From: Bdellovibrionota bacterium FG-2
Lineage (GTDB): Bacteria > Bdellovibrionota > UBA1018
DNA: 22,075 bases
Assembly: GCA_051382305.1 (NCBI GenBank)
Contig: JBBCAV010000152.1
Coordinates: 1 to 22,075 of the forward strand
Direction: 5' to 3'
Positions 1 to 8,552 of the stretch are shown in pieces. Below the pieces are notes generated by a model. The model ran no database searches and was not told where the DNA came from. It saw only the letters and a program-made list of their open reading frames with translations. A program made the position numbers and the translations under genes. How positions within the stretch are numbered: position 1 is the stretch's first letter; each line of letters begins with the position of its first letter.

Positions 1-117
1 GTTCAAGAAGTGATAAAACGAGGGCCGCTTGATTCGTTGATGCCTGAGCTGGGGCGACCCCCATCCCCTGCGGATGAAGCCTGGCGCATGTCTGTGCCAA
101 TACTTTGGTATCAGTAA
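1..117 (+). CDS. 3' end of an unidentified CDS running in from the window edge
   Basis: Frame 1 is open from base 1 to TAA at 115-117 (VQEVIKRGPLDSLMPELGRPPSPADEAWRMSVPILWYQ*). No family recognised. Confidence 0.35.
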   Translation, partial: VQEVIKRGPLDSLMPELGRPPSPADEAWRMSVPILWYQ

Positions 118-493
118 GTCCGGCTAGCCACGCACACCAGCGTTTAAGGCTGTATCTCAAGCTCAAGGTTCTCACGTGTATGCTCCCGCCTCTCGAAAAA
201 CCTTAAAAAGTACCCACTCAAAAACCCGCAGATCCGAAATATTTATGATGTTTTGGCGAGGTTGGATAAGGAGAGACGCTTGCATCGATTTAGACCCAAT
301 GGGCATCAAAATATTGGTGAGGTTCCCGACGCTTGCAAGATGCTCAGCGCATACGCTCAAAACGATTCACAAGCAAAGCCAGGTCTTGGTGAAAACGGTT
401 CACCTTCGAAAGTTGCGGTCTTTTGACACGGCTCCCATAGTTCTGAGTAGGGATGCTTGGCGCAAGCCTGCAAGATAATCATCCAATTTCTAT

Positions 494-553
494 TAGTTAA
501 TTTTCGGGTTTGTTCGGAAATCGCTATTTCCTAACAAACCCGAAAATGAACTA
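494..553. repeat. 60-bp near-perfect palindrome (28-bp arms, 4-nt loop); MITE/REP-like element or strong hairpin
   Basis: Left arm TAGTTAATTTTCGGGTTTGTTCGGAAAT (494-521), loop CGCT, right arm ATTTCCTAACAAACCCGAAAATGAACTA (526-553). 26 of 28 positions pair. Confidence 0.85.
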
Positions 554-587
554 GTGAGCCGCAAAGACTTTTCCAAGCGACGCGCAC

Positions 588-615
588 TTGCGAAAAGCCC
601 GAAATCCGGTAGGAT
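588..615 (+). promoter_or_regulatory. Putative sigma70 promoter of the alcohol dehydrogenase gene
   Basis: TTGCGA (588-593), 16 nt, TAGGAT (610-615), then 6 nt to the ATG at 622. Confidence 0.35.
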
Positions 616-621
616 CCCCCC

Positions 622-1794
622 ATGAACAACTTTCGCTTTCACAATCCTACCCGTATTCATTTTGGCAAAGGCCAAATTGAAACGCTTGCCAACGAAATCC
701 CCTCGACCGCCAAAATCCTTATGACCTATGGCGGCGGCAGCATCAAAAGCAACGGAGTCTATGACCAAGTCCTTCGCGCTGTAAACGGCCGCTCCCTTTT
801 AGAGTTTTCTGGCATCGAGCCCAATCCCACTTACGAAACCCTCATGAAAGCCGTTGAAGTGGTAAAACGCGAAAAAATCGATTTCTTGCTGGCTGTGGGT
901 GGCGGCTCCGTCTTGGACGGAACCAAGTTCATCGCGGCCGCGGCTCTTTGGGAAAACAACAGCGAAGGTGGCAATGACCCCTGGACCATTTTGACGGGCG
1001 ACGCCCCTGTAAAAAAAGCTTTGCCCTTCGGCGCGGTTCTGACACTGCCTGCAACTGGCAGCGAAATGAACAGTGGGGCCGTCATCACCAGAAAATCAAC
1101 GAACGATAAACTCGCTTTTGGAAGCCCCCTGCTTTTCCCTCGCTTTAGTATTTTGGATCCAACCACGACTTTTTCACTCCCGCCTCGGCAAATTGGCAAC
1201 GGAGTGGTGGATGCCTTCGTGCACATTATGGAGCAATATCTCACTTACCCCGCAAAGGCCGCGGTGCAAGATCGTATTTCCGAGGGGCTTCTCCAAACCT
1301 TGATCGAAGAAGGGCCCAATACACTCGAAAATCCGACGGACTATGATTCACGCGCCAATATGATGTGGGCCGCAACCCTTGCGCTCAATGGACTCATCGG
1401 CGCCGGTGTGCCGCAAGATTGGACGACTCATATGATTGGCCATGAACTCACCGCACTCTACGGGCTAGATCACGCGCAAACGCTGGCCATCGTATTTCCC
1501 GCTGTGATGAACATCATGAGAAAACAAAAGGGCGCAAAAATCCTTCAATACGGTGCGCGTGTCTGGGGAATCCACTCCGGCACTGAGAGTGAAAAAATTG
1601 ATCAGGCGATTGCAAAGACAAAACAGTTTTTCGAAAGCCTCCACGTTCCCACAACACTTACCGCCTACAAGATAGATCGAAGTGCGGTTGCCAAAGCTCT
1701 TGAAGGTTTGAAACGGCATGAAATGACCGAAATGGGCGAAACCGGAGCGGTGAGCGTTGAGGTGAGTGCCAAGATCTTGGAGTCGTGCTTCTGA
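622..1794 (+). CDS. yqhD: Iron-containing NADPH-dependent alcohol/aldehyde dehydrogenase (YqhD/BdhA type)
   Basis: 390 aa. MNNFRFHNPTRIHFGKG start, YGGGSIK and VGGGSVLD nucleotide-binding loops, TLPATGSE, metal ligands in D..VH.MEQY and HMIGHELTA..GLDHA. Confidence 0.92.
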   Translation: MNNFRFHNPTRIHFGKGQIETLANEIPSTAKILMTYGGGSIKSNGVYDQVLRAVNGRSLLEFSGIEPNPTYETLMKAVEVVKREKIDFLLAVGGGSVLDGTKFIAAAALWENNSEGGNDPWTILTGDAPVKKALPFGAVLTLPATGSEMNSGAVITRKSTNDKLAFGSPLLFPRFSILDPTTTFSLPPRQIGNGVVDAFVHIMEQYLTYPAKAAVQDRISEGLLQTLIEEGPNTLENPTDYDSRANMMWAATLALNGLIGAGVPQDWTTHMIGHELTALYGLDHAQTLAIVFPAVMNIMRKQKGAKILQYGARVWGIHSGTESEKIDQAIAKTKQFFESLHVPTTLTAYKIDRSAVAKALEGLKRHEMTEMGETGAVSVEVSAKILESCF

Positions 1795-2531
1795 GGCCGC
1801 GCAAGCCCAAGCCTTACCCCAAACCTCAGGAAACGGGTGGAATCCTCATCCGTCGCCTGATTGCGTTCCTAAGGGCGCACAAGATTTCTCCAACTCAATC
1901 AAAAACCGGCAAGTTGATCATTGCGATCTCGGGGGGAGCGGATTCCTTGGCGCTTGCTCATATCCTCGTCCACTACGGCCGAAACATTTGCCCGCGCCGT
2001 CGGCTGCGGCTTCTTCACATCAATCACAATTGGCGAGGGGACAGCTCCAAAGCTGACGAAGTTTTCGTAAAAACGCTGGCTAAAGAGTGGGGCGTGCCGC
2101 TTACGGTCAAGCGACTCAAGTGGAACCCTAAGGCTGGCGAATCCTGGGAAGATCTTGCACGCACTGCGCGAAAAAAGATCTACGCTGAGCTTTCAAAAAA
2201 ACACTCGGCTCGTATTTTTACGGGTCATCATATGGACGATCAGGCGGAGACGGTGCTGTGGCGGCTGCTCACCGGAGCAAACAAGCTGACGGGAGGAATT
2301 CTTGTGGAACATGGCGTTGAAGTTCGTCCGCTTCTCACAACCCGCAAAAAGGAGCTCGAAAACTATCTTTCTGAAGAAGGATTGACGGGGCGGGTAGATG
2401 ATACCAACTTCAATGAGAGGTTTCTTCGTGCTCGAATGCGAAAGCATCTCATGCCGGTGGTTGAGGAGATGTTTCCAAAATCTATCGAGAAACTCGCGCA
2501 GCTCGGTTTGAGCGCGCAGCGCTTACCTTAA
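1785..2531 (+). CDS. tilS: tRNA(Ile)-lysidine synthetase, catalytic domain only (248 aa)
   Basis: PP-loop SGGADS, HINHNWR, TGHHMDDQAETVLWRL, RPLL, DDTN. Canonical position upstream of ftsH. GTG start overlaps the adh stop; exact start uncertain. Confidence 0.88.
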   Translation: MLLRPRKPKPYPKPQETGGILIRRLIAFLRAHKISPTQSKTGKLIIAISGGADSLALAHILVHYGRNICPRRRLRLLHINHNWRGDSSKADEVFVKTLAKEWGVPLTVKRLKWNPKAGESWEDLARTARKKIYAELSKKHSARIFTGHHMDDQAETVLWRLLTGANKLTGGILVEHGVEVRPLLTTRKKELENYLSEEGLTGRVDDTNFNERFLRARMRKHLMPVVEEMFPKSIEKLAQLGLSAQRLP

Positions 2532-2540
2532 AAGGGCAAA

Positions 2541-2570
2541 TTGCTTTTGCGTTTCGCCTTGTGCTAGGCT
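2541..2570 (+). promoter_or_regulatory. Putative sigma70 promoter upstream of ftsH
   Basis: TTGCTT (2541-2546), 18 nt, TAGGCT (2565-2570), with a TG extended -10 at 2562-2563. Confidence 0.35.
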
Positions 2571-2600
2571 AGGTCGGATAAGAGAGGGTCATAAGAATAA

Positions 2601-4508
2601 ATGAAACCATCACATAAAACAGTAGCCCTATGGCTTGTTTTGATTCTTCTATTTGCAAGTCTTTTTAAGGTCTTCGACCCCGGCAATCGAACGCGTCGGG
2701 ATATCCGCTTTAGTGAGTTTGTGCAGGCTGTAAAAGATGGCAAGGTGGCCGATGTTACTTTCAAGTCGGACAATCTCATCGTGGGAAACTTTAAAGATGC
2801 CGGTAGTGATGGCAAGAAAACTTTTGAGACGATCGGGGACACCGAAAATGCAAAAGTTTTTGAGATTTTAGAGAAGAACAATCTTATTCCAAATTACGAG
2901 CGCGCTGAGAAGACCCCGGTGTGGCAGCAGGTATTGATTTCTTGGTTTCCCATGCTTTTGCTTTTTGTCTTTTTCTTTTTGTTTATGCGCCAAATTCAAG
3001 TGGGTGGTGGCAAAGCCATGTCCTTTGGGAAGAGCAAGGCGCGCCTTCTGACTGAATCCAATAACAAGGTGACCTTCAAAGACGTCGCCGGTGCGGATGA
3101 AGCCAAACAAGAAGTGGTCGAAATCATCGAGTTTCTCAAAGACCCCAAGAAGTTTACCAAGCTGGGGGGACGGATTCCAAAGGGTGTTTTGCTTATGGGC
3201 CCCCCCGGAACCGGGAAAACCTTGCTGGCTCGTGCGATTGCCGGTGAAGCGGGCGTTCCGTTTTTCTCAATTTCTGGTTCGGATTTCGTCGAAATGTTCG
3301 TCGGTGTGGGCGCCTCTCGTGTTCGTGATCTCTTTGAGCAGGGCAAGAAGCACGCGCCTTGTATTATCTTTATCGATGAAATCGACGCCGTTGGCCGCCA
3401 TCGTGGCGCAGGCCTAGGCGGTGGTCATGATGAGCGTGAGCAAACCCTCAATCAATTGCTTGTTGAGATGGATGGCTTTGAATCCAACGAAGGCGTGATC
3501 CTGGTCGCGGCCACGAACCGTCCCGATGTTTTGGATCCCGCGCTTTTGAGGCCGGGTCGTTTTGACAGACGTGTTGTCGTTTCATCGCCAGATGTAAAAG
3601 GGCGTGAAGAGATTCTCAAAGTTCACACGCGCAAAACCCCGATGGCTGCGAACGTTAATCTTTCACATATTGCGCGTGGAACCCCCGGTTTTTCTGGGGC
3701 GGACCTTGAGAACCTCGTCAACGAAGCGGCACTGGCCGCGGCTCGCTTGGACAAAAAAGCGCTTGAGGGCGCGGATTTCGAAGAAGCCAAAGATAAGGTT
3801 CTCATGGGCGCTGAACGTAGGAGCATGGTTCTCTCTGATGTGGAGAAGGAAACCACCGCTTACCACGAAGCGGGGCATACGCTCGTGGGCAAGTTCTTGC
3901 CGGGTACGGATCCTATTCATAAAGTCACGATTATTCCGCGTGGAATGGCTTTGGGATTGACTCAAACGTTACCTATAGAAGACCGTCACAATCTTTCAAA
4001 AGATAAGGCTGAAAACAGCATCGTCTTTTTGATGGGCGGACGGGTTGCCGAAGAGCTTGTCCTTAACCAGCAAACGACCGGTGCAGGCAACGACATCGAG
4101 CGGGCTTCGGATCTCGCTCGTCGCATGGTGTGCGAGTGGGGAATGAGTGAAGTCTTGGGCCCCCTTTCATTTGGCAAAAAAGAAGAGGCGATATTCTTGG
4201 GCCGAGAAATTGCGCAACACCGAGATTTTTCGGAGCATACGGCTCAGATAATTGATCGTGAAGTGCGGGACATTGTCGAACGTAATTACCGAAAAGCGCG
4301 TGAGATTGTGTCCGCTCACCTGACCATTTTAAAGGATCTCGCGCTCGCACTGCTTGAATTTGAAACCTTAAATGGGGATGAGATTGACCAGATTGTCGCG
4401 GGACAAAAGATCGTTCGCAAACCCGTGACTGCCCCTGATAACACGACGCCAACGGCTACAATACCTGAGACAGGAGGAGGAGCAACACCGGCTCCCTTAC
4501 CTGCGTAA
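2601..4508 (+). CDS. ftsH: ATP-dependent zinc metalloprotease FtsH
   Basis: Two N-terminal TM segments, Walker A GPPGTGKT, Walker [29 protein letters not shown], zinc motif HEAGH. Confidence 0.98.
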   Translation: MKPSHKTVALWLVLILLFASLFKVFDPGNRTRRDIRFSEFVQAVKDGKVADVTFKSDNLIVGNFKDAGSDGKKTFETIGDTENAKVFEILEKNNLIPNYERAEKTPVWQQVLISWFPMLLLFVFFFLFMRQIQVGGGKAMSFGKSKARLLTESNNKVTFKDVAGADEAKQEVVEIIEFLKDPKKFTKLGGRIPKGVLLMGPPGTGKTLLARAIAGEAGVPFFSISGSDFVEMFVGVGASRVRDLFEQGKKHAPCIIFIDEIDAVGRHRGAGLGGGHDEREQTLNQLLVEMDGFESNEGVILVAATNRPDVLDPALLRPGRFDRRVVVSSPDVKGREEILKVHTRKTPMAANVNLSHIARGTPGFSGADLENLVNEAALAAARLDKKALEGADFEEAKDKVLMGAERRSMVLSDVEKETTAYHEAGHTLVGKFLPGTDPIHKVTIIPRGMALGLTQTLPIEDRHNLSKDKAENSIVFLMGGRVAEELVLNQQTTGAGNDIERASDLARRMVCEWGMSEVLGPLSFGKKEEAIFLGREIAQHRDFSEHTAQIIDREVRDIVERNYRKAREIVSAHLTILKDLALALLEFETLNGDEIDQIVAGQKIVRKPVTAPDNTTPTATIPETGGGATPAPLPA

Positions 4509-4511
4509 ATT

Positions 4512-5375
4512 GTGGGCGATATTTTTGGAAACTTACAGTCAAGCCTGAGGCTGATCGATCTTCTCGATATTGGGATCGTTGCGCTCATCGTTTATCGGGT
4601 GCTTCTCCTTATAAAGGGAACACGGGCGATGCAAATGCTCACGGGGTTGGGCATTTTAGGAATTGGTTTTTTCATCTCTTCCACGATGGAACTCTTCACC
4701 ACGCACTGGCTGCTTTCTTACTTCTTTGATTATTTGATTTTGATCGTGATCGTGCTTTTTCAAGACGATCTGAGGCGTGCGCTCACTCATGTGGGCAAAA
4801 ACCCCTTTTTCTCGGGCGCGTCTGCTGAAGAAGAGCGTGAAATGGTCGATGAAGTCGCAAAAGCCGCGATTCGACTTGCTCGCGAGCGCGTCGGGGCCCT
4901 CATCGTTATTGAGCGAGAAACGGGGCTTAAGAACTTCATCGATACGGGATCCCGCCTCGAATCTCGAGTAAAGAGTGAGCTGATCTACGCGATTTTTGTT
5001 CCGACTTCACCGATTCATGATGGCGCGATTATTTTAACGGGCGGTCGCATTGCGGCTGCGGGCTGTTTTTTGCCGCTCTCTCGGGATCCCAATATTGATA
5101 AGCGCTATGGGACGAGGCATCGCGCGGCCTTCGGCATGACTGAAGACACGGACGCCGTGGTGGTCCTTGTGTCCGAAGAAGCGGGACAAGCGCATCTGGT
5201 GACGGGGGGCAAAATCACCACGAATCTCCGAGAGCAAGAGCTCAGGCAAAGTCTCTCTGTGCTCCTTAACTTGGCGGAGTCTCAAACGACGATTCCTAAA
5301 CGCCTCAAAGGTTGGTTTGCTTCGATGGGGCGGTCTCGGACCTCTCGGGACGGGAAGCGGGAGGGTGAGGGCTGA
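4512..5375 (+). CDS. cdaA: Membrane diadenylate cyclase CdaA (c-di-AMP synthase)
   Basis: Three N-terminal hydrophobic helices, VLFQDDLRRAL, catalytic HDGA and GTRHRAA motifs, VSEE. Upstream of ybbR/glmM. Confidence 0.95.
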   Translation: MGDIFGNLQSSLRLIDLLDIGIVALIVYRVLLLIKGTRAMQMLTGLGILGIGFFISSTMELFTTHWLLSYFFDYLILIVIVLFQDDLRRALTHVGKNPFFSGASAEEEREMVDEVAKAAIRLARERVGALIVIERETGLKNFIDTGSRLESRVKSELIYAIFVPTSPIHDGAIILTGGRIAAAGCFLPLSRDPNIDKRYGTRHRAAFGMTEDTDAVVVLVSEEAGQAHLVTGGKITTNLREQELRQSLSVLLNLAESQTTIPKRLKGWFASMGRSRTSRDGKREGEG

Positions 5376-5377
5376 TC

Positions 5378-6289
5378 ATGCTGCGCAAACTCCTTGATTT
5401 TCTGACGGCTAATTTGGTCACGAAATTAATTTCGGTCGCCATTGCCCTTTTGCTGTGGGTGATTGTGCTGGGATCTCGAAACGTCGAGGTCACCAAAGAG
5501 ATTCCCATTGAGATCAATACGTCCTCGGATGTGGTTCCTGCTAACGAGATTCCCGAAAAAATCGCGTTTCGGTTGTCAGGTCCCAAAGCCTTTTTGCGGG
5601 CGATTGTAGATCGGCATGAAGATCCGATTCGCGTTAATCTCTCGGGCGCAAAGCCAGGGCTTGTGACCTATCGGTTTTTCTCAGATAACATCAAGATTCC
5701 GATTGGGGTTAAAGTGCTGTCGGTGAGTCCGGCTGCGATCCTGATTAAACTTGAAGCCATTAAGAAACGCGAAGTGCCCGTGAAAGTGGAGTTAAGGGGC
5801 GTACCGCCTGAAGGCTTCCGTATTGGTAAACTTGAACTCAAACCTGAAGTCATTCGAATCAAAGGGCCCGAAAGTCGGATTGAAAATATCACTCAAATCC
5901 TGGCCAATCCCATTGATGTGTCTCATTTTAAGGAGTCGGTAGAAAAAGAAGTGGGCTTAGATCTAGCAAGGCTCGGGGTTCAGCTTGAAGGTCCGCTACC
6001 GAAAATATCCATTGGCATTGAGCCGGTCACCGCCAATTTTAGAATTCGTAATGTCGACGTCAGGGTGATTTCTTCAGGACGCGTTAGGCTGGATGAAAAA
6101 ACAGTCACGGTTATGGTTCAGGCTGAAGCTAAAGAGATGAAGTTCTTGGATCGATCTCGTGTTTATGCCGTCATCGATATGAGCGATAAACCCAAAGGAC
6201 AATATTTTGAAGCTGTTAAAGTGATTCTGCCTGAAGGGGTGGGATTGGTTCGTGTTATTCCTGATCGTATCGGCGTGACACTCTATTAG
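5378..6289 (+). CDS. cdaR: CdaA regulator CdaR (YbbR-domain protein)
   Basis: N-terminal KLISVAIALLLWVIV anchor and beta-rich YbbR-like repeats (G.PPEGF...LKPE.IRIKGPES). Lies between cdaA and glmM. Confidence 0.88.
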   Translation: MLRKLLDFLTANLVTKLISVAIALLLWVIVLGSRNVEVTKEIPIEINTSSDVVPANEIPEKIAFRLSGPKAFLRAIVDRHEDPIRVNLSGAKPGLVTYRFFSDNIKIPIGVKVLSVSPAAILIKLEAIKKREVPVKVELRGVPPEGFRIGKLELKPEVIRIKGPESRIENITQILANPIDVSHFKESVEKEVGLDLARLGVQLEGPLPKISIGIEPVTANFRIRNVDVRVISSGRVRLDEKTVTVMVQAEAKEMKFLDRSRVYAVIDMSDKPKGQYFEAVKVILPEGVGLVRVIPDRIGVTLY

Positions 6290-6323
6290 GGCCCAAGCGC
6301 CCGAGAAGAAGAAGGAGAGTATC

Positions 6324-7739
6324 ATGAGTAAAAAATTATTTGGCACAGATGGGATTCGGGGGCTTGCTAATGAATTTCCCATGACTTCTGAAATTGCCAT
6401 GGCTGTGGGGCGTGCGGTCGCGTACGTATTGCTTAAAAGCCCTACTTCGATGGTAAAAAGTTCGGTGCCGGTGGGTTTGAAACCCCTAGAATCGACCAAG
6501 GCCGTGAGACGCGTGAAAATTGTGGTGGGCAAAGACACCCGACTTTCAGGCTACATGATTGAGCAGGCCTTAAGCTCAGGGATTTGCTCCATGGGCGCGG
6601 ACGTGATTCTGATCGGTCCACTGCCGACTCCCGGCGTGGCTTATGTCACGCAGAGTATGCGCGCGGACGCGGGGATTATGATCTCGGCTTCTCATAATGC
6701 GTATCATGATAATGGGATCAAAATTTTCTTTGCCGATGGCTATAAGCTTCCTGATGAAATGGAGGCTGAAGTAGAGCGCCTGGTGATGTCCAAGGATCTT
6801 GAGCGTAATCGCCCGACGGGCGATCTCGTGGGAAAAGCCGCCCGCATCGAAGACGTGCATCTCAGATATTTAGAGTTTTTAAAGAGTCTTTTCCCGAAAG
6901 ACCTCGATTTGCTAGGCCAGCGCATTGTCTTGGATTGCGCCAACGGCGCGGCTTACAAAGTTGCCCCGCTGGTTTTTGAGGAACTCGGCGCGGAGGTTAT
7001 TCGCAAAGGCGTACATCCCAACGGCGTGAACATCAATGATTCGTGCGGCGCCCTTCACCCTGAGCATGTGGCGGCGGCCGTGCTCGAGTATCGTGGGGAT
7101 ATTGGAATTTCGCTGGATGGTGATGGCGATCGCTGTATCTTAACTGATGAAACCGGCGAAATTATCGATGGGGATCAAATCTTGGGCCTCTGTGCGCTTC
7201 AAATGGCAAGCGCGGGGACTCTCAATAAGATGACGATTGTGACGACCCCGATGTCCAACGTAGGCCTTGAGCTGACTTTGCGCGAACAGGGAATCTCGAT
7301 GGTGCGTGCGCAAGTGGGCGATCGTTATGTGGTCGATACGATGCGAAAAAATGGCTATAATTTGGGAGGAGAACAATCCGGTCATATCGTATTCCTTGAT
7401 CAATCTACCACGGGCGATGGCATTGTGGCGGCCCTGCGCGTGCTGGAAACCATGCGAAGGACCCGTAAACCGCTTTCAGAGCTCAAGAAAGCGATTAAAC
7501 TTTTCCCCCAAGTTCGGGACGACGTTCGTGTTTCTCGCAAGGAGCCTCTGGAGAGCATTCCGGAGATTGCTAAAGCCATTGCACACGCGCAAGCGGTACT
7601 CGGGGATAAGGGGCGAATATTTGTGCGCTACTCTGGCACCGAACCTTTGCTGCGAGTCATGGTAGAGGGCGAGGATCCGGAGCAGATTCACTCCCTGGCG
7701 CAGAGTGTGGCAGGAACGATCAGGAAGCATTTAACTTGA
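6324..7739 (+). CDS. glmM: Phosphoglucosamine mutase
   Basis: LFGTDGIRG, GKDTRLSG, phosphoserine motif ISASHN, metal loop DGDGDR, GGEQSGH, RYSGTEP. RBS AAGGAG upstream. Confidence 0.97.
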   Translation: MSKKLFGTDGIRGLANEFPMTSEIAMAVGRAVAYVLLKSPTSMVKSSVPVGLKPLESTKAVRRVKIVVGKDTRLSGYMIEQALSSGICSMGADVILIGPLPTPGVAYVTQSMRADAGIMISASHNAYHDNGIKIFFADGYKLPDEMEAEVERLVMSKDLERNRPTGDLVGKAARIEDVHLRYLEFLKSLFPKDLDLLGQRIVLDCANGAAYKVAPLVFEELGAEVIRKGVHPNGVNINDSCGALHPEHVAAAVLEYRGDIGISLDGDGDRCILTDETGEIIDGDQILGLCALQMASAGTLNKMTIVTTPMSNVGLELTLREQGISMVRAQVGDRYVVDTMRKNGYNLGGEQSGHIVFLDQSTTGDGIVAALRVLETMRRTRKPLSELKKAIKLFPQVRDDVRVSRKEPLESIPEIAKAIAHAQAVLGDKGRIFVRYSGTEPLLRVMVEGEDPEQIHSLAQSVAGTIRKHLT

Positions 7740-7756
7740 AGGGAGAGCCATTCGTC

Positions 7757-8527
7757 ATGCAAACCCCGCGTCTTGGCGTAAATATCGACCACATCGCGAC
7801 GCTGAGACAGCTTCGTGGCACCCCTTATCCGGATCTATTGGCTGCGGCGCGGATGGTTGAGACGGCCGGTGCCGATCAGATCACCGTTCATTTGCGGGAG
7901 GATCGCAGACATATTCAAGACCAAGATGTGAAGATTTTGCGCAAGAATCTCAAAATCCCGCTGAATCTCGAGATGGCTGTGGCTCCAGAGATTGTGCGTT
8001 TTGCGGTAAAGCTTAGGCCGGAGTGGTCGTGCCTGGTCCCCGAGAAGAGGCGCGAAGTTACGACGGAAGGCGGATTGGATCTTCAGCGAAACCGCCAGAC
8101 AATAGCCGCCGCGATCAAAAGCCTCAAGCGCGCCGGAATCAAAGTGAGCTGTTTTATCGAGCCCAGTATAGAAAACGTGGAATTAAGCCATGAACTCGGC
8201 GCAGACGCCGTGGAACTTCACACCGGAAAATTCTGTCTCCTGACTCAGAAAGCAAACGACGCTCCTGGCAAACTCAGCTCCGCCGCAAAAAAGGAGCTTG
8301 CTCGAATTGAAAAAGCGTCGCTTCGTGCGCGCGCTTTGGGCCTGGGCGCTCATGCCGGCCACGGTTTTGATTATGATAATGTGAGGTGGGCCGCTGCATT
8401 GGAGTGCGAAGACCGTAACCCTCTAGTCGAAGAATTCAACATCGGGCACGCCATTGTTTGTAGAGCCGTATTGGTAGGGCTTGAGCGCGCGGTTCGCGAG
8501 ATGGTCTCGGCGATTATCGCGCCGTAG
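7757..8527 (+). CDS. pdxJ: Pyridoxine 5'-phosphate synthase
   Basis: LGVNIDHIATLR, HLREDRRHI, LVPEKR.EVTTEGG, ELHTG, HAGHG, NIGHAI. ATG 7757 (GGAGA RBS) preferred over TTG 7736. Confidence 0.96.
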   Translation: MQTPRLGVNIDHIATLRQLRGTPYPDLLAAARMVETAGADQITVHLREDRRHIQDQDVKILRKNLKIPLNLEMAVAPEIVRFAVKLRPEWSCLVPEKRREVTTEGGLDLQRNRQTIAAAIKSLKRAGIKVSCFIEPSIENVELSHELGADAVELHTGKFCLLTQKANDAPGKLSSAAKKELARIEKASLRARALGLGAHAGHGFDYDNVRWAAALECEDRNPLVEEFNIGHAIVCRAVLVGLERAVREMVSAIIAP

Positions 8528-8552
8528 TATTACAAATAAAAAGGACCTTAAA

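Noticed and set aside
172..478. ORFs 176..478 (+) and 172..360 (-)
   Set aside because: No RBS or recognisable motifs in any frame I translated; not supportable as genes. The region remains unexplained.
8481..8552. N-terminal extension of nnr from TTG 8481
   Set aside because: Overlaps pdxJ. ATG 8553 has an RBS and matches where the family normally begins.
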